50,949 nt of DNA from an uncultured Bacilli bacterium (GCA_947623665.1 CANQHJ010000002.1:1-50949), one strand, 5' to 3'; shown: positions 1 to 9,016, numbered from the stretch's first letter. A program made the numbers and translations. Notes: generated by a model from the letters alone, not told the origin.

Positions 1-130
1 TTATTAAAAAAGTATCAAAGATTTCAATTAAGATAAAAATTAATTAAAATTCTTCGTAAAAAACCGAAACTCAAATTGAGTTAATATTGTATTTTTTACA
101 TTAATGTGATAAAATTAGTATTATTTCTTA

Positions 131-179
131 CAAAAGTGTGATATTTTTGTGAATATTTGTTGCAAAAGTGTGATATAAT
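131..179 (+). promoter_or_regulatory. Duplicated 14-nt element CAAAAGTGTGATAT (131-144 and 163-176). The second copy runs into an extended -10 TGATATAAT (171-179) upstream of the ATPase gene.
   Basis: Exact 14/14 direct repeat with 32-nt periodicity, read directly. TGATATAAT matches the TGnTATAAT extended -10. RBS GGAG lies at 186-189 and ATG at 198. Confidence 0.4.
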
Positions 180-197
180 ATTATTGGAGATGATATT

Positions 198-1502
198 ATG
201 AAAAGATTTATTACTGAAAAACTAATTAAATGGAAAAACAGTAAGAGTAGGAAACCACTTATTTTAAAGGGTTCAAGGCAAGTAGGAAAAACATATATAT
301 TAAAAGAATTTGGTGAAGAAAATTATGATAATGTTGCGTATTTTAACTTTGATCATGATGATGGTCTTGCAGAATTATTTTCTAATACAAAAGATCCCTT
401 AAGAATAATTGAGCAATTATCACTAGCAAATGGTAGAAAAATAAGTCCTAATACTACATTAATTATTTTTGATGAAATTCAAGAATGTCCTAATGCTTTA
501 AATTCTTTGAAGTATTTTTGTGAAGAGGCTAGTGAATATCATGTGGCTTGTGCAGGTTCGTTACTTGGTATTAGATTGTCAAAAACATCATTTCCAGTAG
601 GTAAAGTTGATTTTTTAAATATGTATCCAATGACTTTTAGTGAGTTTTTAATTGCTGATGGTTCAAAAAATTTGGTTGAAGTTATGGAAAAAACAATAGA
701 AATAAAAGAAATTCCAAGTATATTCGAATCACAATTACTTGAAAAGTTAAAAGTATATTATATAGTAGGTGGAATGCCAGAAGTAGTATTTAGTTGGGTT
801 AATGATAAAGATATTGAAAAAGTTAATAAGATACAAAAGGATATACTTAACTCATATGAAAGTGATTTCTCTAAACATGTTGTGGCAAGTGAAGCAAATA
901 AGATTTCTTTAATTTGGAATTGTATTCCTTCACAACTTGCTCGTGAAAATAAAAAATTTGTATATCAAGTAATAAAAAAAGGTGCTCGTGCTAGAGAATA
1001 TGAGGGAGCTTTAAATTGGTTAAATGATGCTAATTTGATTTCTAAATGTTATTTAGTTAATAAATGTGCATTTCCACTTAAAGGATATCAAGATTTATCA
1101 GCTTTTAAAATATATATGAATGATGTTGGACTTCTTAGAAGAATGTCTAATTTAAATAGTAGTATTATATTAGAAGGTAATAAATTACTTGAAGAATTTA
1201 AAGGAGCTTTTACAGAAAACTATGTTATTAATGTTTTAAACTATTTATTTGATGAAAATGTTCATTATTATACATTTGATAGAAATGAACTTGATTTTGT
1301 TATTCAAAGAAAAAATGAAATAATTCCTATTGAAGTTAAATCAAACAAAAATAACAATCATAATAGCTTAACAAAGTATAATGCTAATAATGATAATAAA
1401 ATATCGTTTAGATTTTCATTAAACAATTTAAGAAAAGATGGAAAGATTGTTAATGTACCATTATATTTTATAGAATATATTAATAAACTAAATTTAGATT
1501 AA
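198..1502 (+). CDS. AAA-type ATP-binding protein (AAA_14 + DUF4143-like family)
   Basis: 434-aa ORF with Walker A GSRQVGKTY and Walker B-like LIIFDEIQ. Length and layout are typical of the widespread 'ATPase, DUF4143' family. Confidence 0.8.
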   Translation: MKRFITEKLIKWKNSKSRKPLILKGSRQVGKTYILKEFGEENYDNVAYFNFDHDDGLAELFSNTKDPLRIIEQLSLANGRKISPNTTLIIFDEIQECPNALNSLKYFCEEASEYHVACAGSLLGIRLSKTSFPVGKVDFLNMYPMTFSEFLIADGSKNLVEVMEKTIEIKEIPSIFESQLLEKLKVYYIVGGMPEVVFSWVNDKDIEKVNKIQKDILNSYESDFSKHVVASEANKISLIWNCIPSQLARENKKFVYQVIKKGARAREYEGALNWLNDANLISKCYLVNKCAFPLKGYQDLSAFKIYMNDVGLLRRMSNLNSSIILEGNKLLEEFKGAFTENYVINVLNYLFDENVHYYTFDRNELDFVIQRKNEIIPIEVKSNKNNNHNSLTKYNANNDNKISFRFSLNNLRKDGKIVNVPLYFIEYINKLNLD

Positions 1503-1541
1503 TATTTGTATAACAAAAAATATCAAGCACATGTGTGCCCA

Positions 1542-1661
1542 ATGAGAACTAAAGTAATAAATCATCATATTTACAAACATACATATAGACCAGATTATTC
1601 TTGTTGTGAAGAAAATGTTGTAAGTAATATGCAATGTGGATCTTGTTGTAATTTTAGATAA
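1542..1661 (+). CDS. Hypothetical Cys-rich small peptide (39 aa from ATG 1542; 51 aa if TTG 1506 is used)
   Basis: My own translation: MRTKVINHHIYKHTYRPDYSCCEENVVSNMQCGSCCNFR. It is followed immediately by a good terminator hairpin. There is no convincing RBS. It is not in the supplied ORF track (too short). Confidence 0.25.
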   Translation: MRTKVINHHIYKHTYRPDYSCCEENVVSNMQCGSCCNFR

Positions 1662-1672
1662 TAATTTGAAAT

Positions 1673-1698
1673 AAGACTTTCATAAGTCTTTTTCTTTT
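1673..1698 (+). terminator. Rho-independent terminator
   Basis: AAGACTT (1673-1679), loop TCAT, AAGTCTT (1684-1690), then TTTCTTTT. Confidence 0.6.
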
Positions 1699-1706
1699 GG
1701 TATAGT
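1698..1706 (+). promoter_or_regulatory. Extended -10 element TGGTATAGT for the ferritin-like gene
   Basis: TGnTATAgT lies directly after the terminator T-run, about 45 nt upstream of the CDS. Confidence 0.35.
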
Positions 1707-1752
1707 TTGGATAATTGTATTAAATTTTAGTATTGGTAATATAATTAATTAG

Positions 1753-2271
1753 GTGATTATATTGGAATGTAGAGTTGATAAACCATATCCAGAAGTTAGA
1801 GTTGAAAGAAAAAATATAGAGTATGCAAAATTGTTACTTGATGATTATGCATCTGAAGTAGGAGAAGATAGAGCTATTCATCAATATGTTTATCAGAAGT
1901 TTGATAAATTTAAAGATAATCCTTTGTTTTCTAAAACATTATCACAGATTGCTATGGTAGAAATGAGGCATTTAGAACTTTTAGGTGAGACTATTAAGTT
2001 GTTAGGAGTTAATCCAGAATTTAGATTTGTAGATAAAAATACTAATTATTTAGTTTATTGGAATAGTAGTTTTGTTGATTATACTACAGATATAGTAGAA
2101 ATGCTTAGAAGTGATATTAAAATTGAAGAAGAGGCTATTAGAAAGTATAGATATCATATTAGTTTAATTAATGATAAATATATAAAAGCTTTACTATATA
2201 GAATAATAGAAGATGAAGAAGTTCATATAAAATGTTTTAATATGTTACTTAATAGAATACTTTATGGATAG
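1753..2271 (+). CDS. Ferritin-like / Mn-catalase-family (CotJC-like) di-iron protein
   Basis: 172-aa ORF with paired E..H helix motifs (VEMRHLELLGE; EDEEVH) typical of ferritin-like four-helix-bundle proteins. The start is uncertain: GTG 1753, or TTG 1762 behind AGGTGA. Confidence 0.6.
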   Translation: MIILECRVDKPYPEVRVERKNIEYAKLLLDDYASEVGEDRAIHQYVYQKFDKFKDNPLFSKTLSQIAMVEMRHLELLGETIKLLGVNPEFRFVDKNTNYLVYWNSSFVDYTTDIVEMLRSDIKIEEEAIRKYRYHISLINDKYIKALLYRIIEDEEVHIKCFNMLLNRILYG

Positions 2272-2322
2272 TTATTTTATAAACTATTCTTTTTTGTTAT
2301 AATTAAATTGGAAGGTGATATA

Positions 2323-2676
2323 ATGCAATTTATAGAATATGCAAAGTGTTCTACTTGTAAAAAAGCTAAAAAATTTTTAGATGATAATAATATTAAATAT
2401 GTGGATAGGGCAATTAAAGAAGATACTCCTACTTATGAAGAGATTAGTTTATGGATTGAAAAATTTAATCTTGATGTAAAGAGATTATTTAATACTAGTG
2501 GTATGAAGTATAGAGAGTTAGGACTAAAGACTAAACTTGTTGATATGAATATTGATGATAAAATAAAATTATTGTCAAGTGATGGAATGCTTATTAAAAG
2601 ACCTATACTAGTAGGAGATGATAAGATTCTTATTGGTTTTAAAGAAAAAGAATGGATGGAATATTTCAATAAATAA
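2323..2676 (+). CDS. ArsC/Spx/MgsR-family thioredoxin-fold protein (YffB-like)
   Basis: N-terminal CxxC (AKCSTCKKAKKFL) and C-terminal LIKRPIL motif. ATG 2323 is preceded by GGAAGGTGA; the track ORF starts at an upstream TTG (2308). Confidence 0.75.
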   Translation: MQFIEYAKCSTCKKAKKFLDDNNIKYVDRAIKEDTPTYEEISLWIEKFNLDVKRLFNTSGMKYRELGLKTKLVDMNIDDKIKLLSSDGMLIKRPILVGDDKILIGFKEKEWMEYFNK

Positions 2677-2812
2677 CTTACATGTTTTTACTTGTAAATA
2701 ATTTGTCGATATATGTCAAAATATAGTGTAAAAAAATATTGTCAAATTGTGTCGTATTGCTTGCATACTTTACAACTATAGTTTATATTTAAACTAGGGA
2801 GTGTGATACAAA

Positions 2813-3013
2813 ATGATTTATCCATCTATTGATAAATTATTGAATGTGGTTGACTCTAAATATGAGTTGGTTCACATAGCGGCTAGACGCAGTAAGGAAA
2901 TATCGAAAACTAATCATCTACAAATGCCTGAGAGTGAATATAAATGCTCAAAGGAAATTGGTAGAGCACTTGAAGAAGTTTCTGAAGGACTTCTTAAGAT
3001 AAAGAAAGATTAA
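2813..3013 (+). CDS. rpoZ: DNA-directed RNA polymerase subunit omega
   Basis: 66 aa. The N-terminus MIYPSIDKLLNVVDSKYELVHIAARRSKEI matches the conserved RpoZ pattern of Firmicutes. RBS GGGAG is present. Confidence 0.8.
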   Translation: MIYPSIDKLLNVVDSKYELVHIAARRSKEISKTNHLQMPESEYKCSKEIGRALEEVSEGLLKIKKD

Positions 3014-3028
3014 TATCTTTCTTTTTTC
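3001..3028 (+). terminator. Rho-independent terminator overlapping the rpoZ stop
   Basis: AAAGAAAGAT (3001-3010), loop TAAT, ATCTTTCTTT (3015-3024), then a T-run. Confidence 0.6.
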
Positions 3029-3030
3029 TA

Positions 3031-3039
3031 TGGTATAAT
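3031..3039 (+). promoter_or_regulatory. Extended -10 TGGTATAAT for recX
   Basis: Perfect TGnTATAAT 24 nt upstream of the recX ATG, directly after the terminator. Confidence 0.45.
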
Positions 3040-3062
3040 ATTTTTATGAGGGTGATGGAAGT

Positions 3063-3818
3063 ATGCAAGTTAAAGTAAAAAAATATACTAAGAAGAAAAA
3101 TGGTTTATATCATATATTGTTTGAAAATGGGAAAGTTTTAGATTTGTATGAGGAAGTAATACTTAAATATAATCTACTTATTAGACCACTTGATGTAACA
3201 ATGATGTATGAAATAGAAAAATATAATCAAGAGTGGGAAGTTTATTATGTAGCACTTAAATATATAAAATATAAAGCTAGAACTGTTGATGAAGTAAGAG
3301 TTCATTTAAAGAAAAAAGAATATCCTATTGATATTATTAATAAGATACTTACAAAGTTAGAATCTCAAGGTTATTTAAATGATTTATCATATAGTAAAAG
3401 TTTTTTAAATATGAAAATATTGACTACTACTCATGGTCCTAGTCGAGTTAGAGAAGATTTGAGAAAACGTGGAGTATCTTCTGAAATAATAGAAGAAGTA
3501 ATAGAAGAGTATACAGATGATATACAAAGAGAAAAAATTAAAAAAGTTATTAGCAAAAAAATAAATAGTAATCATAATAAGAGTGCTAGAGTGTTAAAAG
3601 TAAAAATTGTTTCTGAACTTTTAAATGATGGATTTAGTCGTGAACTGGTTTTAGAAGAAATTGCTAAGAATCCTATAAAAGATTCTCCTGATTTAGTTAA
3701 AAGAGAATATCAAAAAATATATAATAAACTTAGTCGTAAGTATGAAGGAGAAGAGCTTAAATATAAAATAAGACAAAAAATGTATCAGAAAGGATTGAAT
3801 TATGAAGAGTTTTATTAA
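3063..3818 (+). CDS. recX: Recombination regulator RecX
   Basis: 251 aa. Repeated three-helix units carry the RecX-like pattern ALKYIKYKARTVDEVRVHLKKKEY...LESQGYLNDLSYSKSF. Confidence 0.8.
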   Translation: MQVKVKKYTKKKNGLYHILFENGKVLDLYEEVILKYNLLIRPLDVTMMYEIEKYNQEWEVYYVALKYIKYKARTVDEVRVHLKKKEYPIDIINKILTKLESQGYLNDLSYSKSFLNMKILTTTHGPSRVREDLRKRGVSSEIIEEVIEEYTDDIQREKIKKVISKKINSNHNKSARVLKVKIVSELLNDGFSRELVLEEIAKNPIKDSPDLVKREYQKIYNKLSRKYEGEELKYKIRQKMYQKGLNYEEFY

Positions 3819-5229
3819 AAAAGAAAAGATTACTATCATAATATGTTTATTTTTGATAGGAATTTTATGTTTTATAAATATAAAAGCAGGAATAGATCCA
3901 GATTATTATTGGCATATAAAAGCTGGAAGATTTATGCTTGAGCATGGAGTTATTTTAAAAAGTGATGTTTTTTCTTGGGTTAGTGATATAACAAATGCTT
4001 ATTGGATGTCTCATGAATGGCTATTTGAAGTATTGATTGCATCTTTAGCTAATATATTTCCAAAGTATCATGTTTTAATTTATACTTTTTTTCTGTTTGG
4101 TATTTTACTTTTTGTATTATTTTTTATGAATAAAGATAAATGGCTTAAAAATGTTTTATTTACTTTGATTTGGTTTACTATTTCTATTGCATTTTTTATG
4201 CCTTTTGTACTTCCTAGACCACAACTTTTTGATTTTATATTTTTGGCATTTTGTTTTTATTTACTTTATGATTTAAAAGAAAAAGAAAATTCTAAAAAAA
4301 TATATTTTATGCCTATTATTTCTCTTGTGTGGGCTAATATTCATGGTGGTTCTTCTAACATTCCTTATATTTTAATTTTAATTTTTATAATTGCTGGTTT
4401 ATTTAATTTTAATTGCTCTCATCTTGAAAGTAAAAGATTATCTAGAAAACAATTAAAAAAATATTTTATAGTTTTTATACTTTGTATTTTAGTTATTATT
4501 ATAAATCCTCATGGTATTAAGATGCTTTCTTATCCATATGTTAATATGGCAGATAGTTTTATGCTTGAGACTATTACAGAATGGGCTCCAACTAATTTTA
4601 ATAAAAGTTATCATATATTATTTTATATATATTTTAGTATTAATCTTTTAGTTATACTTACTAGTAAGAAAAAGTTAGAATTTACAGATTTATGTATTTT
4701 AGGTTTTACTTTGTTTTTAGGCTTTAAAAGTGTTAGATTTTGGATTTTCTTTTGTATTGCATCTTTTTCTATAATATGTAATTATATACCTAATTATAAA
4801 ATTAAAAAAAATGATGAAAATTATATTTTATTATTAGTTATTTTACTTATTACTTTATCTTTGAGTAGTTATAATAAAACATTTAAAAATATAGAGAAAA
4901 AAGAATTGTCAACAAAAATTATTAGTTATTTAAAAGATGTTAAGCCAAAAAGACTTTATAATTATTATGATTATGGAGGATATCTTATTTATAATAATAT
5001 AGAAGTTTTTATTGATGGTAGAGCAGATTTATATTCAAAATATAATTATGAAGATGCTTATAGATTATCTAAGTTAAGTGGTAATTTTCAAAAGATAATA
5101 GATAAATATAATTTTGATTATTATTTAGTTAATAAAAATTCTGGTTTAAGTAATTATTTAAAATTGAGTAATAACTATGATTTAGTTATGAGTGATAAAA
5201 AAGTATCTATATACAAAACAAAAGAGTAG
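3802..5229 (+). CDS. Polytopic membrane protein, putative GT-C-fold glycosyltransferase-like
   Basis: 475 aa with about 11 hydrophobic segments. An acidic motif GIDPDYYWH follows TM1, where GT-C enzymes carry their catalytic Asp. The ORF overlaps the recX stop by 17 nt. Function is inferred only. Confidence 0.45.
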   Translation: MKSFIKKEKITIIICLFLIGILCFINIKAGIDPDYYWHIKAGRFMLEHGVILKSDVFSWVSDITNAYWMSHEWLFEVLIASLANIFPKYHVLIYTFFLFGILLFVLFFMNKDKWLKNVLFTLIWFTISIAFFMPFVLPRPQLFDFIFLAFCFYLLYDLKEKENSKKIYFMPIISLVWANIHGGSSNIPYILILIFIIAGLFNFNCSHLESKRLSRKQLKKYFIVFILCILVIIINPHGIKMLSYPYVNMADSFMLETITEWAPTNFNKSYHILFYIYFSINLLVILTSKKKLEFTDLCILGFTLFLGFKSVRFWIFFCIASFSIICNYIPNYKIKKNDENYILLLVILLITLSLSSYNKTFKNIEKKELSTKIISYLKDVKPKRLYNYYDYGGYLIYNNIEVFIDGRADLYSKYNYEDAYRLSKLSGNFQKIIDKYNFDYYLVNKNSGLSNYLKLSNNYDLVMSDKKVSIYKTKE

Positions 5230-5247
5230 GTTTTCTACTCTTTTATT
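5221..5247. terminator. Bidirectional terminator between convergent genes
   Basis: AAGAGTAG (5222-5229), loop GTTTT, CTACTCTT (5235-5242), flanked by A- and T-runs. Confidence 0.6.
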
Positions 5248-6253
5248 GATTTGTTTCTTGAGTGTTTGATGAATTTGATATTTGGTTATTTACATATTCT
5301 TTATATTTTTTCTTTAAATTTGAATCTTTAAATGTAACTTTTTTCTTTTCTCTGTAATCTCTTAGAGTTTTATAATATAGTGTTGAATCATTATCTAATT
5401 TATCTTCAACTATTTTTTTAATTACATCATTTTTTACTTTTTTCAAAGTAGGTTTTTTCTTTTGTTTTTCTTTTAGAATGATATGATATCCATATTGTGA
5501 TTTTACTGGTTCTTCAGTGAATTTTCCTACTTCTAGGTCTTTAGCAGCTTTAAAGAAATTTTCATCGAAGTTGTCATCTGAGTTGAAGTATCCTAGTTCT
5601 CCACCTTCTTTAGCAGTACCAGTATCATCTGAATGTTTTTTTGCAAGTTCTTTAAAATCTTTACCATTTTTTAATTCACTAATTATTTCTTCTGCTTCTT
5701 CTTTTGCTTCTTTATCAGCTTTTTCTTTATCTTCATCACTCATATCATCATTTGTTTCAACATTTATTAAAATATGTTTTGCTTTGATATCTCCAATAAT
5801 GTTTTCTTTGTAGTAAGCATCGATTTCTCCATCTCCAACTTCATCTTTTAGATAATTGTTTACTGCTTGATTTCTTTTGTATTCAAGTGAAAGCATATCA
5901 CGAAGTTCATCTTCATCATCTACTCCAAAATATTGTTGTAATACTGTTTTCCATTGTGATTCATCAGACCCGTATTGTGATTTCATTTGTGTTATTTGTT
6001 GTTCAACTTGTGTTGTTTCTTCTTTTGTTGTTTTTACATCTTTTTCAAGCAATTCTTGGTCAATTAAATCAACTAGCATACTTACACCATATTTATCACA
6101 TAGTTTTTTGTAATAAGTATCAGATGATATTTTACTACCACTCATAGTTACAGCAGCTTTTTCTCCATTTTTTAAAGTTACATTTCCACATCCAGTAGTA
6201 AAGCATGTTAAAACAAGTAAAACACTTACACTACCAATTAATTTTTTGTTCAT
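5243..6253 (-). CDS. prsA: Foldase lipoprotein PrsA (parvulin-type peptidyl-prolyl isomerase)
   Basis: Signal peptide with a lipobox-like TTGC. Parvulin motifs KAKHILI, GGELGYF and SQYGYHII are present. RBS GGAGGAGG. Confidence 0.85.
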   Translation of the reverse strand: MNKKLIGSVSVLLVLTCFTTGCGNVTLKNGEKAAVTMSGSKISSDTYYKKLCDKYGVSMLVDLIDQELLEKDVKTTKEETTQVEQQITQMKSQYGSDESQWKTVLQQYFGVDDEDELRDMLSLEYKRNQAVNNYLKDEVGDGEIDAYYKENIIGDIKAKHILINVETNDDMSDEDKEKADKEAKEEAEEIISELKNGKDFKELAKKHSDDTGTAKEGGELGYFNSDDNFDENFFKAAKDLEVGKFTEEPVKSQYGYHIILKEKQKKKPTLKKVKNDVIKKIVEDKLDNDSTLYYKTLRDYREKKKVTFKDSNLKKKYKEYVNNQISNSSNTQETNQ

Positions 6254-6398
6254 AATTTCCTCCTCCTGAAATTCATAATTATCATATCAAAAAATTGTTA
6301 ATAGTGCAAATCTTTATTTTATCTGGATATATATAATCACACAATTTAACCTTTTACCATAAAATAATGTGAATACCAAAAAAAAGGAGGAAAAGCCT

Positions 6399-6479
6399 AT
6401 GGGTAGTTATGTATCATCATCAGCAATTGTTTTAGTATTATTTATTTTATTAGTTATCTTACTAGGTGCTTATATTTAA
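6399..6479 (+). CDS. Tiny transmembrane peptide, YjcZ-like (26 aa)
   Basis: My own translation: MGSYVSSSAIVLVLFILLVILLGAYI. Strong RBS AAGGAGG with 8-nt spacing. It resembles the 'tiny TM' sporulation peptide family (YjcZ, TIGR01732-like). It is absent from the ORF track. Confidence 0.6.
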   Translation: MGSYVSSSAIVLVLFILLVILLGAYI

Positions 6480-6497
6480 TTTTAAGGAGGTGTAATT

Positions 6498-6611
6498 ATG
6501 GCTTGTGAAAATAATAATACAAATACTAATCGTTGTGGAGGAGGATATATTATAATCATTGTATTATATATCTTACTTGCAATTATTTTAGGAGGAGTTG
6601 TTAGTTGCTAA
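6498..6611 (+). CDS. Tiny transmembrane peptide, YjcZ-like (37 aa)
   Basis: My own translation: MACENNNTNTNRCGGGYIIIIVLYILLAIILGGVVSC. RBS AAGGAGG. A Gly-rich stretch followed by one TM is typical of YjcZ-like peptides. Confidence 0.6.
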   Translation: MACENNNTNTNRCGGGYIIIIVLYILLAIILGGVVSC

Positions 6612-6668
6612 TAGCTCTTTTTCTTTTTATTAAAATATGTTAAAATATAGTAAGTAAAGGAGAATTAT

Positions 6669-7529
6669 ATGAAGAAATTTAAAAAAGTTTTATCTATAAT
6701 TATTTGTGTAATACTTTTTTTCTTAATTAGTGCAGATGTTTTTTTAATATCTATTAAGAATATGGCAAATGTGGGTTTTGTAAATAATGTTTTGGATGAT
6801 ATTGATGTTTCTAGTACTGTACATGATTTTAGAGAAAGTGGTGGAACAATAGGTGAAGTAATTGATGAATTGTATGAAAGAGCAGAAGTTCATGGATTTA
6901 GTGAAGAACAAGTTGATAAAGTAGTCGGTAGTGATGTAACAAAAGAGATAATTGAACGTTATGCTGATTCTATGATTAACGATTCTAAAAGTATAAGTGA
7001 TGAAGATGTTGAAAAAATCATTGAAAATAATGTTGATGATATTATAGATAATTCAAATGGAGTTTTAAAGAAAGAAGATAAAAGTGAACTTTTGAGGGCA
7101 GCAGATACTTGGTCTGAGGCTATTACAGAAAATCTTCCTAATAAAGATGAATTAAAAAAAGCAATGAATATGGATGAAAGTAAAAATGAAAGAATTTCTT
7201 TGACAATGCCTATTATTGTAATGATAGTTATAACTGTTATATTGTTAGGATTAGTAATTTATCTTGCTTGGGATAAGTTTAAATGGGTATTATATACTGG
7301 TGTTACTATAATGGTATCTACTATTCCTATGTTTTTATTAGTAGTACTTTTTAAAATTCTTTCATCAGCTAAGCTAGATGATTATGTAATAAGTAATATT
7401 TCAGGTCCTTTATTTTCAAAAGCATCTGGTGTAATGCTTACTTCATCTTTGATATGTTTAGTTTTTGGAGTAATAGAAATAGTGGTATATATATTTTTAA
7501 AAAAGAATATGAAAAAAGAAGCTAAATAA
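6669..7529 (+). CDS. Membrane protein of unknown function
   Basis: 286 aa with an N-terminal TM, an acidic about 150-aa soluble region and about 4 C-terminal TMs. RBS AAGGAG. Confidence 0.7.
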   Translation: MKKFKKVLSIIICVILFFLISADVFLISIKNMANVGFVNNVLDDIDVSSTVHDFRESGGTIGEVIDELYERAEVHGFSEEQVDKVVGSDVTKEIIERYADSMINDSKSISDEDVEKIIENNVDDIIDNSNGVLKKEDKSELLRAADTWSEAITENLPNKDELKKAMNMDESKNERISLTMPIIVMIVITVILLGLVIYLAWDKFKWVLYTGVTIMVSTIPMFLLVVLFKILSSAKLDDYVISNISGPLFSKASGVMLTSSLICLVFGVIEIVVYIFLKKNMKKEAK

Positions 7530-8589
7530 TTAGTTTCTTTTCTTTTGTTAGATTATTATTTTTAGTTGGAGATTCCAATAAAAAGATCTTTTTGTTGGTA
7601 AAATCTATTTGTATGTCTGTACCTAATGGTAAAATACCAATAGGATTAGCATGGCCTATATTAATATTATACATTACTGGTAAATTTTCTTGATTAAATT
7701 CTTTTAGTACTTTTTTATAAACTTCTTTATATTCTTCATAATATTTTTCTTCTTGAGGTTTACCTATTATAATACCTTTTATGACATCAAATATTCCTTG
7801 TGCTCCTAAATTACGAAGATAATATGTTATTAGATTAGGAGATGGTTTTTCTTCACTTGTTTCTAATAATAGTATTTTATCAGTCCATTCTTCTTTTGTT
7901 GGCCAAATTTCAGTACCAATTATCATTGGAAAGACATCGATACAGCCACCTAATAATTGTCCTGTTACTATTCCAGAACCTTGTATTGTTTCGTATCCAT
8001 GTTCATCTTTAATAAGTTTTTTAGTTATATTAATGTTTTCTGTTTTCCATGGAACAAAGTCCTTTGACCACATTTTGCTTGATTTGATTTCGTAATTCTT
8101 GCAATCTTTAAATAATATGTTTTCAACAGCATTTTTGGTATATTCAAACATATTGCCATATTCACCAAATTCACACATTATTGATGGACCATAAAAAGAT
8201 GTAATACCTGCTTTATGCATCATGAAGTGATTGACTGTTGTATCGGAGTATCCCATAAATATTTTGGGATTGTTTTTAATTATTTGATAGTCAATATAAG
8301 GTAATAATCTTATAGCATCATCTCCACCAATAGCACAAAAAATCCCTTTAATAGTTTTATCTTGAAAAGCATCCATTAAATCTTTTGCTCTTGCTTCTGG
8401 ATGATTATATATAAATTCACTTCCTTTTAAGGCATTTGGCATTGTGATTACTTCTAATCCGAAGTCATTTTCTAATCTATCTTTTGCAATATAATATTTA
8501 TGAATTAAATCTTTATCACCTAATCCTCCCCAAGAAAGACTTACGATTGCAATTTTATCTTTTTCTTGCAACATTTCTGGTTTAATCAT
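7522..8589 (-). CDS. LD-carboxypeptidase / MccF-like serine peptidase (S66 family)
   Basis: 355 aa with a nucleophile motif GYSDTT and a C-terminal IGHANP His motif. Size fits the long MccF-like S66 subgroup. Confidence 0.8.
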   Translation of the reverse strand: MIKPEMLQEKDKIAIVSLSWGGLGDKDLIHKYYIAKDRLENDFGLEVITMPNALKGSEFIYNHPEARAKDLMDAFQDKTIKGIFCAIGGDDAIRLLPYIDYQIIKNNPKIFMGYSDTTVNHFMMHKAGITSFYGPSIMCEFGEYGNMFEYTKNAVENILFKDCKNYEIKSSKMWSKDFVPWKTENINITKKLIKDEHGYETIQGSGIVTGQLLGGCIDVFPMIIGTEIWPTKEEWTDKILLLETSEEKPSPNLITYYLRNLGAQGIFDVIKGIIIGKPQEEKYYEEYKEVYKKVLKEFNQENLPVMYNINIGHANPIGILPLGTDIQIDFTNKKIFLLESPTKNNNLTKEKKLII

Positions 8590-8608
8590 AATTAGTTACT
8601 CCTTAATT

Positions 8609-9004
8609 TTAATTTGTAAGTTTTTTAAATACTTCATCAAGTTCTATTAAAATGTCTTTATTAAATTTATTTGTAAGATTATCGTTTTTATATCTTGGTG
8701 TTAAGTGAATATGAAAATGTTTAATATCTTGTCCAAAATCATTATTTTCAACTATTGTAAGACCTTCACAATTTAGTTTTTCTTTTAATAATGGATATAT
8801 TTTTTCTCTTGTTAAATTTAGAGAATGTGTAATTATTTTTTCATCTACATCACAAATGTTATTATAATGTTTTTTTGGTATTATTAATAAATCTCCATTA
8901 GTTGATGGATTAATATCTAAAAATACTTTTACTAATTCATCTTCATATACTGTTTTAGAAGGTATTTCTCCTTTTACAATTTTACAAAATAAGCAATCTT
9001 CCAT
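8609..9004 (-). CDS. HIT-family nucleotide hydrolase/transferase
   Basis: 131 aa with the histidine triad HFHIHLTPR and an N-terminal CLFCKI motif. Confidence 0.9.
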   Translation of the reverse strand: MEDCLFCKIVKGEIPSKTVYEDELVKVFLDINPSTNGDLLIIPKKHYNNICDVDEKIITHSLNLTREKIYPLLKEKLNCEGLTIVENNDFGQDIKHFHIHLTPRYKNDNLTNKFNKDILIELDEVFKKLTN

Positions 9005-9016
9005 TTTTCTTCCTCC

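Noticed and set aside
1518-1534. 16/17-nt match (AA.TATCAAGCACATGT, encoding KYQAHV) between the region after the ATPase stop and the ChW repeat consensus at ~46472, ~46925 and ~47828
   Set aside because: The similarity stops immediately after the HV codons (no GW or rest of the repeat). It is most simply a chance match or a tiny relic, and too short to interpret.
2433-2669. 78-aa minus-strand ORF inside the ArsC-family gene
   Set aside because: It is a shadow ORF antisense to a well-supported CDS, with a low-complexity hydrophobic translation and no RBS.
5517-6147. Three + strand ORFs (5517-5813, 5877-6113, 5887-6147) encoding Ser/Leu/Phe-rich low-complexity peptides
   Set aside because: They lie entirely antisense to prsA, whose Lys/Glu-rich codons (AAA/GAA) read as TTT/TTC on the opposite strand. 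They have no RBS and no recognisable fold, so they are typical shadow ORFs.
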